DNA from: Deferribacterales bacterium
GTDB taxonomy: Bacteria > Chrysiogenota > Deferribacteres > Deferribacterales > Geovibrionaceae
Reading direction: 5' to 3'
Length of the DNA stretch: 41,523 nt
Assembly (NCBI GenBank): GCA_050253335.1
Contig: JBFWJG010000016.1
Coordinates: forward strand, 1-41,523
Positions 18,602 to 28,752 of the stretch are shown here, in pieces (position 1 is the first letter of the stretch; every line of letters begins with the position of its first letter). A program made the translations under genes and the position numbers. Under the pieces are notes generated by a model. It was given only the letters and a program-made list of their open reading frames with translations, searched no databases and was not told the DNA's origin.

Positions 18602-19069
18602 ATGAAGGCCGAACTTGTAAATCCCTTTATTTCTTCAACAATCAGCGTTTTCGACACTATGGTCGGACTTGAGGTTAAAAAAGGGGATCTTTACATAAAG
18701 TCGGACGAACGGCTCTACTATGACATCTCAGGCGCCATAGGCGTTGTTGGCGATTTCATAGGCTTCGTCTCCATCAGCTTTCCGGAAGATCTCGCGCTGG
18801 AAGTCACCAGCAAGTTCATCGGCGAAACCCTCTCTGAGCTTAACAACGATGCCGGCGATGCAGTGGGCGAACTTATCAACATGATCGCAGGCAGCACAAA
18901 GAAGCATTTTTCAGACAAAGGCAGAAGATTCAACATATCCGTCCCCAACGTAATCGTCGGCAAAGGGCACACCATTCAGCGCCCCGCCAACCTTATCTGC
19001 ATCGGCGTGAAGTTTCATCTCAATGATAAAACTTTTGTTCTTGAAGTCGCACTGAAAGAAAAAGCATAG
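18602..19069 (+). CDS. cheX: Chemotaxis phosphatase CheX family
   Basis: VNPFISS, DISGAIG, DAVGELINMIAG (ExxN), ISVP...G. Confidence 0.88.
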   Translation: MKAELVNPFISSTISVFDTMVGLEVKKGDLYIKSDERLYYDISGAIGVVGDFIGFVSISFPEDLALEVTSKFIGETLSELNNDAGDAVGELINMIAGSTKKHFSDKGRRFNISVPNVIVGKGHTIQRPANLICIGVKFHLNDKTFVLEVALKEKA

Positions 19070-19183
19070 TCAGTGCAGTGTCATTCTAAGGCAAGACCGA
19101 GGAATTCCTCGCTCGTTTTTTGATAAAATCTAATTTTACTCTGCCCTCAATCTTTGCTGTTTTGTATTTTCTCTTTGTTTTTA

Positions 19184-19192
19184 TGCTATAAT
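19184..19192 (+). promoter_or_regulatory. Extended -10 promoter of the O-methyltransferase gene
   Basis: TGCTATAAT upstream of the GGAGG SD and ATG at 19216. Confidence 0.55.
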
Positions 19193-19215
19193 GAGCAAAA
19201 CAGCGGAGGTTCATT

Positions 19216-19794
19216 ATGGAGCTTGATAAACTTCTTGCAGAGCTTGAGGAATTCGGAAGCAGAAACGATTCGTCCCAAACTGAAAGATCTCAAAAAATGC
19301 TTAATATCACAAAAGATACCGGTGAGTTCCTCACAGTTTTCATCAAAGCTGCAAAATCAAGAAGCATCCTTGAAATAGGCACATCAAACGGGTACTCAAC
19401 CATATGGCTTGCCATAGGAGCTGTGTACACCGGCGGCAGAATAACCACAGTTGACTTTTCCGAAGTTAAAGCTGAAATGGCGAAGACAAATTTTGAAAAG
19501 GCGGGCTTAACGGCATTGATTGAGCAGGTTGTTGATGATGCGGGAAATTTTTTGAAGAATGCCCAGTCGGATACTTATGATTTTATTTTTCTTGACTCGC
19601 AAAGGTCTGCCTACACTTCCTGGCTTCCGGATATAAAAAGGATTCTCAGGAGAGGGGGTTCTCTGGTGGTTGACAATGCTTTATCCCATAAAGACGAGAT
19701 GGATGCTTTTATCTCTGCGGTAAATAAGGATTCTGATTTCACAACATGCCTCCTCACTGTCGGTAACGGGCAGTATGTTGCAGTGCTGGAGTAG
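19216..19794 (+). CDS. SAM-dependent O-methyltransferase (YrrM/COMT-like)
   Basis: ILEIGTSNGYSTIWLA, YDFIFLD, GGSLVVDNA. Confidence 0.9.
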   Translation: MELDKLLAELEEFGSRNDSSQTERSQKMLNITKDTGEFLTVFIKAAKSRSILEIGTSNGYSTIWLAIGAVYTGGRITTVDFSEVKAEMAKTNFEKAGLTALIEQVVDDAGNFLKNAQSDTYDFIFLDSQRSAYTSWLPDIKRILRRGGSLVVDNALSHKDEMDAFISAVNKDSDFTTCLLTVGNGQYVAVLE

Positions 19795-20087
19795 TTTTTC
19801 ATAAAATTTTATATTTTTTTTTATCATTAATAAGCGGAATTTCAGGTTGAGCTTTCTTTCTTATTAATTTTTATCCTTGATTTTGCCTTAATCTTCTTTT
19901 CCTTGGAAAATTTTACATTTTTTTTTCAGGCATTATGAACCAAAGAAGCTGATCAGCGGCATGAAACCCGCTCTGATCTTATATTGTTTTCAAAGTAATC
20001 TCCTTGTGTTAACATCATTTTAGTGTTTATGCGCGGGACGGGTGTATTTTGTCCGCGTCTTATTAACTTGATGTAACGGGGTGTTTT

Positions 20088-23000
20088 ATGAACAGTTTTT
20101 CGGCTATTTCCTGCCTCACCAGAAATGACCTTGCCAAATACAAAGGAACCCAGTTTGACCAAAGACATAAAAAAGTTTTCGCCGAATACAAAGGCACGCC
20201 TTTTTATGAATTTGCCAAGGTTCTGATGAGCCACCTGCCGCAGAACTTTGTGGGCTTTCTTTCAGACGAGGACATGACCGGGCTGTACAAGCACCTTTTC
20301 TCAAAGCTTGAAGGAAGAAAAAAGAAAAAGATCGCCGTCAGTGCGGATCTGACAGAGGAACTGCCCTTCTTCATAGGAAATTTCTGCATCTTTTCCATCG
20401 TCACCGACGACAGACCCTTCATTTTTGACTCCCTCTGGGAGTACCTGCAAAACATCCGTGAACATAAAATATTCGTGATACACCCCATCTTCGGCATTGA
20501 AAGAGGCAGAAACGGAGAGATTCTCAAAATAAGCGAGTCCCGCCTCGGGGTGAGCAACGAATCCTTCGTGGTGATTTTTCTTGAAGGGCTGAACAGAAAC
20601 GAAGTCTCCGATATTAAAAAAGAAATCACCTCAATATATGAAAACGTGGCCGCCGCCGTGGACGATTTTCCCAAAATGAAAGAGGCAATGAGCGCTCTTT
20701 TCATGGAATACCGCGAGCGCAGCGGCGATGTGGCTAAGTTCATTCAGTGGCTGATGGATGAAAACTTCATCTGTCAGGGAACCCGAATCGTGGAAATTGA
20801 CGAATCCAAGGACTTTAAATCATTCTCGGATACAGGCGTGTTCACCCTTATGGGGCAGGACCCGAACTATGCGCTCCTTGCCCGCTCTGTGAAGGACGGC
20901 AGGCTCAACACTGTGGACGGCTATCCGGTTATTGTGGACAAGGCTGTCGGCATAAGCAAGGTCAAGCGCCGCACCAACTTTGACAGAGTAATGTTTGTGG
21001 ACAGGCAGGGGACAAAAATCCGCCTCTTTTATCTTGCGGGGCTTTTCTCCAGCAAGGCGCACAAGTGCCCGCCTTATGAAATAAGCATTCTGAGGGACAA
21101 GATCAAGGCCACCCTTGATTATTTTGACTTTGTCACCGGATCCCATGATTATAAATGGATACGGGATATTCTGGATGAATACCCCAAGATAGAGATTTTC
21201 AACCTTTCAAGCCGTGCCCTGACGGAGCTTCTTGAACTTATCCTCACCATGCAGGGAGCTAACCAGATCCGCATCTCCTACCATGACTTCCGCCCGCTGA
21301 AAAACCTTATCTTCTTTATGGCTATGCCCCTTTCCCGCTATTCATCCGAGCTTGTGATGAGCATTAAGAACTTTCTTGAGGAATACTTCGGCGGCAGAAT
21401 GATGGATATCTCCATCCGCGAGGATCAGCACAAACGCAGCTTCCTACACTTCCATATGATGCTTAATGATACTGACGTGCTTGACAATATAGATGAAAAA
21501 GAGCTCAAAAACAGCATAACCTCCATGCTCAAGGACTGGGATTCTGCATTGTATGAAGTTCTGCGGGACAGACTGGGGCAGGAGTGCGATGAAGTTTTTG
21601 CCGGCTTCGAGTCATACTTCAGCGAGGCTTACAAAAGCAAAAATACGCCAGAGGACGCTTTTCTCGATATAGTTCGCATACGCAGACAGGATGAAAACTC
21701 CTCCCTGCTTCATTTCAGCGGGGGAAAGGCAGTTCTGAGGATATATTCCAAAAGCCGCCTCCTTCTCACAGAGCTTATGCCTATCATAGACAACCTTGGC
21801 CTGAATGTTTACGAGCAGGACATTTTCGAGCCCACGGCAGACGGACACGGGCTTTATGTAAATGTGGTTTACCTTACAAATATAGACGATCCGGGAGGCT
21901 TCACAGAGACTTACAAGGTGATTCTGCCGGAACTGATAACAGCGGTAATCGCCGGACGGGCGGAGAACGACAGGCTCAATTCTCTCTGCGTAACAAGAAA
22001 GCTCACATGGCGCCAGACGGATATACTCCGCACCTTTGTTTATTTCGCCAAGCAGATAGAGAGCAGCTTCCTGATAAAATCGCTCATGTCCGCGCTTATT
22101 AACAACGCTGAGATAGCCGAGAAGCTGGTTAATTTCTTTGAGCTCAAGTTTGATCCTGATAATAAGAAAACCTCCACTGCGGAGATAGAACAGGATATCC
22201 TCAGCCTTATTGAAGGAGTTATCTCCGTGAGCGAGGATAAGGCGCTTCGTTACTTCATGCGGATTGTTCAGGGCACTGTGCGCACGAACTACTTCATGCA
22301 GCCCATGCGTGACTATATCTCGATTAAGGTGAAAAGCCGCGAGATGCCCATCATCGCGGAACCCAGACCTATGTTTGAGGTTTATGTCCACAGCGCAGAG
22401 ATGGAAGGGGTGCACCTCAGAGGAGGCAAGGTAGCCAGAGGCGGAATCCGCTTCAGCGACCGTAATGACGACTTCCGCACGGAGATTCTGGGGCTTGTGA
22501 AAACCCAGATGGTTAAAAACTCAGTGATTGTTCCGGTGGGCTCGAAGGGCGGATTCATAGTGAAAAAACGCTTTAAGGACAGAGAGCAGGACAGAGCCAA
22601 CACGATAAAACAGTACAGCACGCTGATTAAAGGTCTGCTTGACATAACCGACAACTACAAAGGAAACAAGATAGTTCACCCCAGCAGGGTGCGCATGTAT
22701 GACGAGAGCGATCCTTACCTCGTTGTTGCGGCGGACAAGGGCACGGCCACTTTCAGCGACATTGCAAACGGAATATCCGTAAGCTACGGTTTCTGGCTCG
22801 GCGATGCCTTCGCCTCCGGCGGCAGCGTGGGTTATGACCATAAAAAAGTGGGAATCACCGCCAAGGGCGCATGGGAGAATGTTAAGAGGCATTTCCGCGA
22901 ACTCGGCAAGGATATACAGAAAGAGGAGTTCACCGCGATAGGCATAGGCGACATGGCGGGTGACGTTTTCGGAAACGGAATGCTGCTTTCAACCAAGATA

Positions 23001-24791
23001 AGGCTTCTGGCCGCTTTCAATCACATGCACATATTCCTTGATCCTGCGCCTGATGCCGAAAAGAGCTACGCCGAAAGGCAGAGGCTTTTCAAAAATCCCT
23101 CACTCACATGGAGGGACTACAACACCGAGCTCATATCAAAGGGCGGCGGCGTGTTCGACAGAACTGCAAAGCGCATTGAGCTTTCCCCTGAAGTGCGGAT
23201 GATGCTCGGATGCAGTGAAACCGTTGTCACCGGAGCGGAGCTTATAAGGCTTATCCTCAAGGCGGAGACGGAACTGCTCTGGAACGGCGGCATAGGAACA
23301 TATTTCAAGGCATCGGGCGAAACAGACAGGGACGTGGGCGATTCCACGAATGACGATGTGCGTGTGAATGCCGGCGAGCTCAGGGCAAAAGTAGCCGGAG
23401 AGGGCGGAAACCTCGGCTTCACTCAGGCAGCGAGGATAGAGTTCGCGGAAAACGGCGGACACATATACACCGACGCTCTGGACAACTCCGGCGGAGTTGA
23501 CATGTCTGATCATGAGGTAAACCTCAAGATCATCTTCAATTATCTTGTGGAAACAAAAACCATTAAGGATATGAAGGAGCGCAACGCATACATCAAAAAG
23601 CTCACCTCCTCCGTGACCGATCTGGTGCTTGCCACGAACTACAGCCAGTCAATGGCGGTGAGCTGCGACCTGATACGCTATGCCTCAAACCCCGTGACAT
23701 TCCGTGAGGCGGCGAAACACCTTAAAAGTGAAGGCCTGCTTGATTTCCGCATTGAAAAGCTCGCTTTCCCCAGCAAGGACAAAAACGCAACTGCTCCGGA
23801 GCTTGCGGTGCTTCTGGCTTACATGAAAATATACCTCTACAACAATGTGGAAAACACTCTGAATCTTGATAATCCGCTTGTGAGGAAGGAATATCTGAAC
23901 TACTACCCCGGGGATATGGTGGAAAAATTCGGCGATAAGCTTTTCAGCCACAAGCTTTTCAGGCAGATAGCCGCCACTGTGACGGTAAACAGGGCTCTGA
24001 ACCAGACGGGCATTTCCTTCTTCTATGAACTGATGAAAGGGACGAACAGGCCGCTGAACGAGATACTGGAGTGCTATCTCCTCGCGGAAGAGATAGTCGG
24101 CTGCCGCAGACTCAGGGACGAGATATGCGCCCTTGACGGAAAAGCGGATGCAGAGACCCAGTACAGGGCGCTCATCGAGCTTGACAAAACCCTGAAAGTC
24201 GCCGTTGAGTGGCTGATAGATCAGCGCAATATGAACCTTTACAAAAAGAAGGGTGACGTTCTCGGCGAGATACTCCCCCTTGTCACCAAATACATGACCT
24301 CAGGCATGAAGGAAAAATACAATGCCATGATTGAGGAATTCAAAAACGGCGGTCTGCCCGGCTCCCTTGCGACTGCTGTGTGCGTTGTGCGTTATTCCAA
24401 GCCGGCGTTTGATGTTTTCCGCATAACGGCGGAAACAGGCGCCGATGTTAAGGATGTTCTCAGGCGTTATTATGAAATCGGCGGCAGGTTCGGAATAAAC
24501 ATGCTCACCCTCAAGATGAAGCATATCAGAATCAGGGATGAGTGGGAGCGCATAAACCGTGACGGACTTCTGCTTAAACTCAAAAAAATCCAGATGAACC
24601 TTGCCTTCGCCTACAGCGCGGGGAACAAGGGGTGGTTTAAAAATCTGCTTGACACTGAAAAGCACTTTGTAGAAAACTATGATAAGTTTATGGATTCAGC
24701 CGCAAAGGACGAAATAGACTCACTCGTTCCGTTTAATGTGATGATTGAGTCCTTCGCCAATGTGGCTGAAAAATACGGAGCGGGTGGATGA
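20088..24791 (+). CDS. gdhB: Large NAD-specific glutamate dehydrogenase (GdhB/GDH2 type)
   Basis: 1567 aa; DDRPF, EGVHLRGGKVARGGIRFSDR, KNSVIVPVGSKGGF, YLVVAADKGTATFSD, GDMAGDVFGNGML, DNSGGVDMSDHEVN. Confidence 0.95.
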   Translation: MNSFSAISCLTRNDLAKYKGTQFDQRHKKVFAEYKGTPFYEFAKVLMSHLPQNFVGFLSDEDMTGLYKHLFSKLEGRKKKKIAVSADLTEELPFFIGNFCIFSIVTDDRPFIFDSLWEYLQNIREHKIFVIHPIFGIERGRNGEILKISESRLGVSNESFVVIFLEGLNRNEVSDIKKEITSIYENVAAAVDDFPKMKEAMSALFMEYRERSGDVAKFIQWLMDENFICQGTRIVEIDESKDFKSFSDTGVFTLMGQDPNYALLARSVKDGRLNTVDGYPVIVDKAVGISKVKRRTNFDRVMFVDRQGTKIRLFYLAGLFSSKAHKCPPYEISILRDKIKATLDYFDFVTGSHDYKWIRDILDEYPKIEIFNLSSRALTELLELILTMQGANQIRISYHDFRPLKNLIFFMAMPLSRYSSELVMSIKNFLEEYFGGRMMDISIREDQHKRSFLHFHMMLNDTDVLDNIDEKELKNSITSMLKDWDSALYEVLRDRLGQECDEVFAGFESYFSEAYKSKNTPEDAFLDIVRIRRQDENSSLLHFSGGKAVLRIYSKSRLLLTELMPIIDNLGLNVYEQDIFEPTADGHGLYVNVVYLTNIDDPGGFTETYKVILPELITAVIAGRAENDRLNSLCVTRKLTWRQTDILRTFVYFAKQIESSFLIKSLMSALINNAEIAEKLVNFFELKFDPDNKKTSTAEIEQDILSLIEGVISVSEDKALRYFMRIVQGTVRTNYFMQPMRDYISIKVKSREMPIIAEPRPMFEVYVHSAEMEGVHLRGGKVARGGIRFSDRNDDFRTEILGLVKTQMVKNSVIVPVGSKGGFIVKKRFKDREQDRANTIKQYSTLIKGLLDITDNYKGNKIVHPSRVRMYDESDPYLVVAADKGTATFSDIANGISVSYGFWLGDAFASGGSVGYDHKKVGITAKGAWENVKRHFRELGKDIQKEEFTAIGIGDMAGDVFGNGMLLSTKIRLLAAFNHMHIFLDPAPDAEKSYAERQRLFKNPSLTWRDYNTELISKGGGVFDRTAKRIELSPEVRMMLGCSETVVTGAELIRLILKAETELLWNGGIGTYFKASGETDRDVGDSTNDDVRVNAGELRAKVAGEGGNLGFTQAARIEFAENGGHIYTDALDNSGGVDMSDHEVNLKIIFNYLVETKTIKDMKERNAYIKKLTSSVTDLVLATNYSQSMAVSCDLIRYASNPVTFREAAKHLKSEGLLDFRIEKLAFPSKDKNATAPELAVLLAYMKIYLYNNVENTLNLDNPLVRKEYLNYYPGDMVEKFGDKLFSHKLFRQIAATVTVNRALNQTGISFFYELMKGTNRPLNEILECYLLAEEIVGCRRLRDEICALDGKADAETQYRALIELDKTLKVAVEWLIDQRNMNLYKKKGDVLGEILPLVTKYMTSGMKEKYNAMIEEFKNGGLPGSLATAVCVVRYSKPAFDVFRITAETGADVKDVLRRYYEIGGRFGINMLTLKMKHIRIRDEWERINRDGLLLKLKKIQMNLAFAYSAGNKGWFKNLLDTEKHFVENYDKFMDSAAKDEIDSLVPFNVMIESFANVAEKYGAGG

Positions 24792-26089
24792 AAAAAATCC
24801 TCTTCTTGCTGATAATTTATATAATTTCGGGGGTGCGGGTGCTTGCCGCGGTGGATACAGTAAGTTTTGATAACGGCGTTAAAATGGTTTACAGAAACAT
24901 TCCCTCAACAGGGGTTGTTTCCGTGCATGTATGGATGAAGACCGGTTCCGTGAATGAAGACGCGGAGAACAACGGCATATCCCATTTCCTTGAGCATATG
25001 GTTTTCAAGGGAACGGCCTCTTACGCTCCCGGAGCAATAGACGAAGTGGTGGAGAGCGCCGGAGGAAGCATGAACGCCGCCACGAGCAAGGATTACACCT
25101 TTTACCACATAACGCTCCCCGTATATAACGCGGAAACCGCCTATAAGGTTCTCAGCGAGATGCTTTTTGACGCGAAGTTCATACCGGAGGAGATAGAGAA
25201 GGAAAAGCCCGTTGTGGTGCAGGAGATCAAACGCAAGTTTGACAAACCGACCTACGACATGTGGTCATATCTGTACGAGGCTCTTTTCAGGGGCTCTCCT
25301 TATGAGATGGAGGTAATAGGCACGGAGGAAACTGTGAACTCCTTCACCCGCGACACCCTCGTTGACTACTACGGCAGATACTACCACCCGCAGAACATGA
25401 CCCTTGTTGTTGCGGGCGACATAGACAGAGAAACGGCGGAAGCCCTTGGGCGGAAGTATTTCAGCAAAACCAAAGACGGACGGGGCAAACGCTATGAAGG
25501 CAGCGCGCAGAAGATCTACTCCGAAATTCACAGAAAGGATTTCCGCCGTCAGGTGGTTCAGGAAACAGGGGTCATAGCCTTTCCCGCCGCCGCGCTGAAT
25601 GAGAAGGATATATTCGCCTATGAGGTTCTGGGTGAGATCCTCTCCGGCGGAGAACACTCCGTCCTGAGCACAATAATCAAGAACGAACTGAGACTGGCAA
25701 GCTCCATAAACGCCGGCTATCTCGGGATGAAGCACGGCGGTTCCTTTATTTTCACATACACCTGCCCGGTCGGGAACAGTGAGAAGGTTAAGGACGCGGT
25801 TCTGAAAATTGCGGCGTCAATAGATAAATTTGTCGATCAGAAGAGCCTTGAAAAATGCGAGAACAGGCTGAAAAGCCAGATAGCTTTTCAAAGGGAGCGC
25901 GCTTCAAGCGAGGCGCGGGACATAGGCTATTCCTATACTCTTGACATTCCCGGATATTATCATAATTTTCTTAATAAGATGAGCGGCATGAAACCTGAGG
26001 AGATCACATCCCTTGCCGCCGGAATATTCTCCCGCCCATACATTGATTTACGGACACTGCCGGAAGAAAGCGGGAAAAAAGAGGATTAA
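24788..26089 (+). CDS. M16-family (pitrilysin-like) zinc peptidase with signal peptide
   Basis: GISHFLEHMVFKG inverted HxxEH; NAAT; N-terminus MKKILFLLIIYII; ATGA overlap with gdh. Confidence 0.92.
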   Translation: MKKILFLLIIYIISGVRVLAAVDTVSFDNGVKMVYRNIPSTGVVSVHVWMKTGSVNEDAENNGISHFLEHMVFKGTASYAPGAIDEVVESAGGSMNAATSKDYTFYHITLPVYNAETAYKVLSEMLFDAKFIPEEIEKEKPVVVQEIKRKFDKPTYDMWSYLYEALFRGSPYEMEVIGTEETVNSFTRDTLVDYYGRYYHPQNMTLVVAGDIDRETAEALGRKYFSKTKDGRGKRYEGSAQKIYSEIHRKDFRRQVVQETGVIAFPAAALNEKDIFAYEVLGEILSGGEHSVLSTIIKNELRLASSINAGYLGMKHGGSFIFTYTCPVGNSEKVKDAVLKIAASIDKFVDQKSLEKCENRLKSQIAFQRERASSEARDIGYSYTLDIPGYYHNFLNKMSGMKPEEITSLAAGIFSRPYIDLRTLPEESGKKED

Positions 26090-28752
26090 TGCGGGATTTT
26101 GAACTGAGGGGCATGGGGAAGTATACTGACGCTTTCCGTGATTTTTTTACCGGAAATAAAAGCGGTACTGTGCTTGTCTCCGGCAAAGGAGGCTCCGGCA
26201 AGAGCGAGGTTCTCTCCGCTCTGAGACTTATGCCCGAAACAGCAGAACCGTCAACAGTTTCCGCTTTCATGGATTTTTCCCTCGAAGTGAACACCGACTG
26301 CGAACTGGGGCTGCTTGCCCTCCGCAACGAACTCATAAGGCATTATAAAATCAATTTCAGCTTCTTTGATGTGGCTTACGCCCTGTATCTGGTGCGCACC
26401 AACCCGAATAAGAAGCTTGACCGCGATCTTGATTTATACACCAACAGCAAAATAATCAACGAGGTTCTGGGAGTTGCCGGAGCAAAAGGGAGCGAGTTTG
26501 TAAACAAGCTCTATTTTACGGTTGAAAGAGGCAAACCCGCAGTCACCGAATGGTGGAAGAATGACGGCGGAACGGAGCTGAACAGGCTCATGGAGGAAAC
26601 TCCCGAAGCTGTCCGCAAAAACCTCATTAACCAGTGGGCCAAAGACCTGAATCTTGCCCTTAACGGCAGAAAATGCATCATAACAATAGATTCCTTTGAA
26701 AACATATACGGCGAGGACGGCTCCGGCAGGAAACACGGAACGGACAAATGGGTGAAGGAACTTATGGCTCTTCTGCCCGGGGTGGTTTTTGTGCTTTCCG
26801 GAAGGGAGCTGCCCGAGTGGGCGGAGAACGAAGCCCCCAAAAATCTTCTCGTGCTTGAAAACGGCGCTTTTGACAGGGAAAACACAGCCTATCTTCTTGA
26901 GCATTACGATATTAAAGATAAAAAAGTGTGTGACGCCGTTTTTGCTTCCGCAAGGGGCGAAAAACTGCTCACCACGCTTCTTGCGGCGGGTCTCTCCGCT
27001 GTTAAGAAGGAGACGAAGAAGGAGCCTGCGCCTGATCAGGTCGAATACGGCGCAAAAGAGATAATGCTTTTCTACAACGCCTCGTCAGAGGGGCGCGAAG
27101 GGGATATGGCACGCCTTCTCTCCGTCTGCCGCTGTTTTAATAAAGAGGTTTTTGAATACCTTGTTTATGAGTTCCTGCCCGAAGGGGTCAGCTTCACCTT
27201 CAGCGACTACTGTATGCTTCCGTCTGTCAGCCCGAACATCGGCCATGACTGTGCCGCGCTCAGGAAACCTTTCAGGCAGGAGATTTACACTTCCCTCAAC
27301 AGCGACCAGAAAGACAATGTGCATTACTCTCTTTTTAACTTTTATCTCAAAAAGATAGACAGGGAAAAAGGCTCGTTTAAAACCTACGGCTTTTACCTGA
27401 ATTTCCGTGAATGCTTCTACCACGCCAAGGCCGCACTGGATGGAGAAGGTTTTGTGGACTGGTTCATGGATTCTCACGCCAGATACTTCTCCAATGACAA
27501 AATGGGCTTCTGGATTAACCTCCACAGCGATGTTGTTGAGTACCTGAAGGGCTTGATGGGGCTTATAAATCCCTACACTGCCCTCTGCATGGAAAAGCTG
27601 GCGCAGATGTATGTGAATGTGGAGGATTACGGCAGGGCGGAACCGCTCCTCAAGCGGATGGTAAACATCCGTGAAAAGCTGGGCGGTGCGGAAAGTCAGG
27701 ATACGGTGCGCAGCCGCAACAGGCTTGCCTCAATGTATTCCGCCAAGGGGGACTATCAGTCCGCCATGGAGATGATGAGTAAGAACGCCGAGATAAAATC
27801 ACGCACGGAAGGACCCGATCACCCCGAAACCCTTCGGTATCTCCAGAAGCTTGCGCTTCTTGCCATGAAAAATAAGGACTTTAAAACAGCGGCGGATATA
27901 GGCGAACGCTCTCTCCGCCTGCATTTACAGAGGCTCGGCAGGGAAAATCCCGAAACAGTGAAGGCGATGAGCGAACTGGCCGCCATAAGCGAAATGGCGG
28001 GCGATTTTGAACGCGCATGCGAACTGTTTAAAGAAGTCCTTGAAATCAGAGAAAAAGCCCTCGGCGGCAGCCATCCTGAAACAGCCAGAAGTTTAAGCCA
28101 GCTTGCCTTTTATTTTTACAGAAGGGGCGAGTATGATTCAGCGGAACCGCTTTTTTACAGAGCGCTTGAAGCCAAGGAGGCGCAGCTCGGGCACAGCCAT
28201 CCGCTAATAGCCTCCTACTGCAACAACCTTGCTTACATATACTACTGCCGTGAAAAATATGACAGGGCAGAGGCAATGTATGAAAAATCACTGAAAATAA
28301 AAGAGAAAAATTTCGGAGCCTCCCACCCCTCCACCCTTACCGGTGTCGCGAACCTTGCGGCGCTCAAGTTCAGGAAAGGAGAGATAGATGAGGCGGAAGC
28401 CCTTTTCCGCAAGGTTCTGGAGCAGAGCGTAAACACGTTCGGCGAAAAATCCGCGGAGACCGCCGCGGACATGGCTAACCTTGCTTATGTGATTTCCCGC
28501 AAAGGTGATTTGAGCGAAGCCGAAGCCCTGTGCAGAAACGCGCTGAATATAAGAGAGGATGATGATCCTCAGGATATGGCCGTCAGCCTGAACAACCTCG
28601 GCGATGTTCTTTTCAGGAAAGGGGAAGTGGATGAGGCGTCGGAAGTTCTGGAAAAGGCCTATACCGCTGCCGAGTCATCTCTGGGCAATTCTCATCCGGT
28701 TGTGAGACGAATTCTGAACAACCTTGAAAAGGTGAGAGACAGAATACACTAG
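26089..28752 (+). CDS. P-loop NTPase-like domain plus tetratricopeptide-repeat array
   Basis: GKGGSGKS Walker A, IITIDSFE Walker B-like; ~42-aa repeats (GxxHPxT...NLA..Y...G.Y..AE.L) across the C-terminal half. Confidence 0.85.
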   Translation: MRDFELRGMGKYTDAFRDFFTGNKSGTVLVSGKGGSGKSEVLSALRLMPETAEPSTVSAFMDFSLEVNTDCELGLLALRNELIRHYKINFSFFDVAYALYLVRTNPNKKLDRDLDLYTNSKIINEVLGVAGAKGSEFVNKLYFTVERGKPAVTEWWKNDGGTELNRLMEETPEAVRKNLINQWAKDLNLALNGRKCIITIDSFENIYGEDGSGRKHGTDKWVKELMALLPGVVFVLSGRELPEWAENEAPKNLLVLENGAFDRENTAYLLEHYDIKDKKVCDAVFASARGEKLLTTLLAAGLSAVKKETKKEPAPDQVEYGAKEIMLFYNASSEGREGDMARLLSVCRCFNKEVFEYLVYEFLPEGVSFTFSDYCMLPSVSPNIGHDCAALRKPFRQEIYTSLNSDQKDNVHYSLFNFYLKKIDREKGSFKTYGFYLNFRECFYHAKAALDGEGFVDWFMDSHARYFSNDKMGFWINLHSDVVEYLKGLMGLINPYTALCMEKLAQMYVNVEDYGRAEPLLKRMVNIREKLGGAESQDTVRSRNRLASMYSAKGDYQSAMEMMSKNAEIKSRTEGPDHPETLRYLQKLALLAMKNKDFKTAADIGERSLRLHLQRLGRENPETVKAMSELAAISEMAGDFERACELFKEVLEIREKALGGSHPETARSLSQLAFYFYRRGEYDSAEPLFYRALEAKEAQLGHSHPLIASYCNNLAYIYYCREKYDRAEAMYEKSLKIKEKNFGASHPSTLTGVANLAALKFRKGEIDEAEALFRKVLEQSVNTFGEKSAETAADMANLAYVISRKGDLSEAEALCRNALNIREDDDPQDMAVSLNNLGDVLFRKGEVDEASEVLEKAYTAAESSLGNSHPVVRRILNNLEKVRDRIH

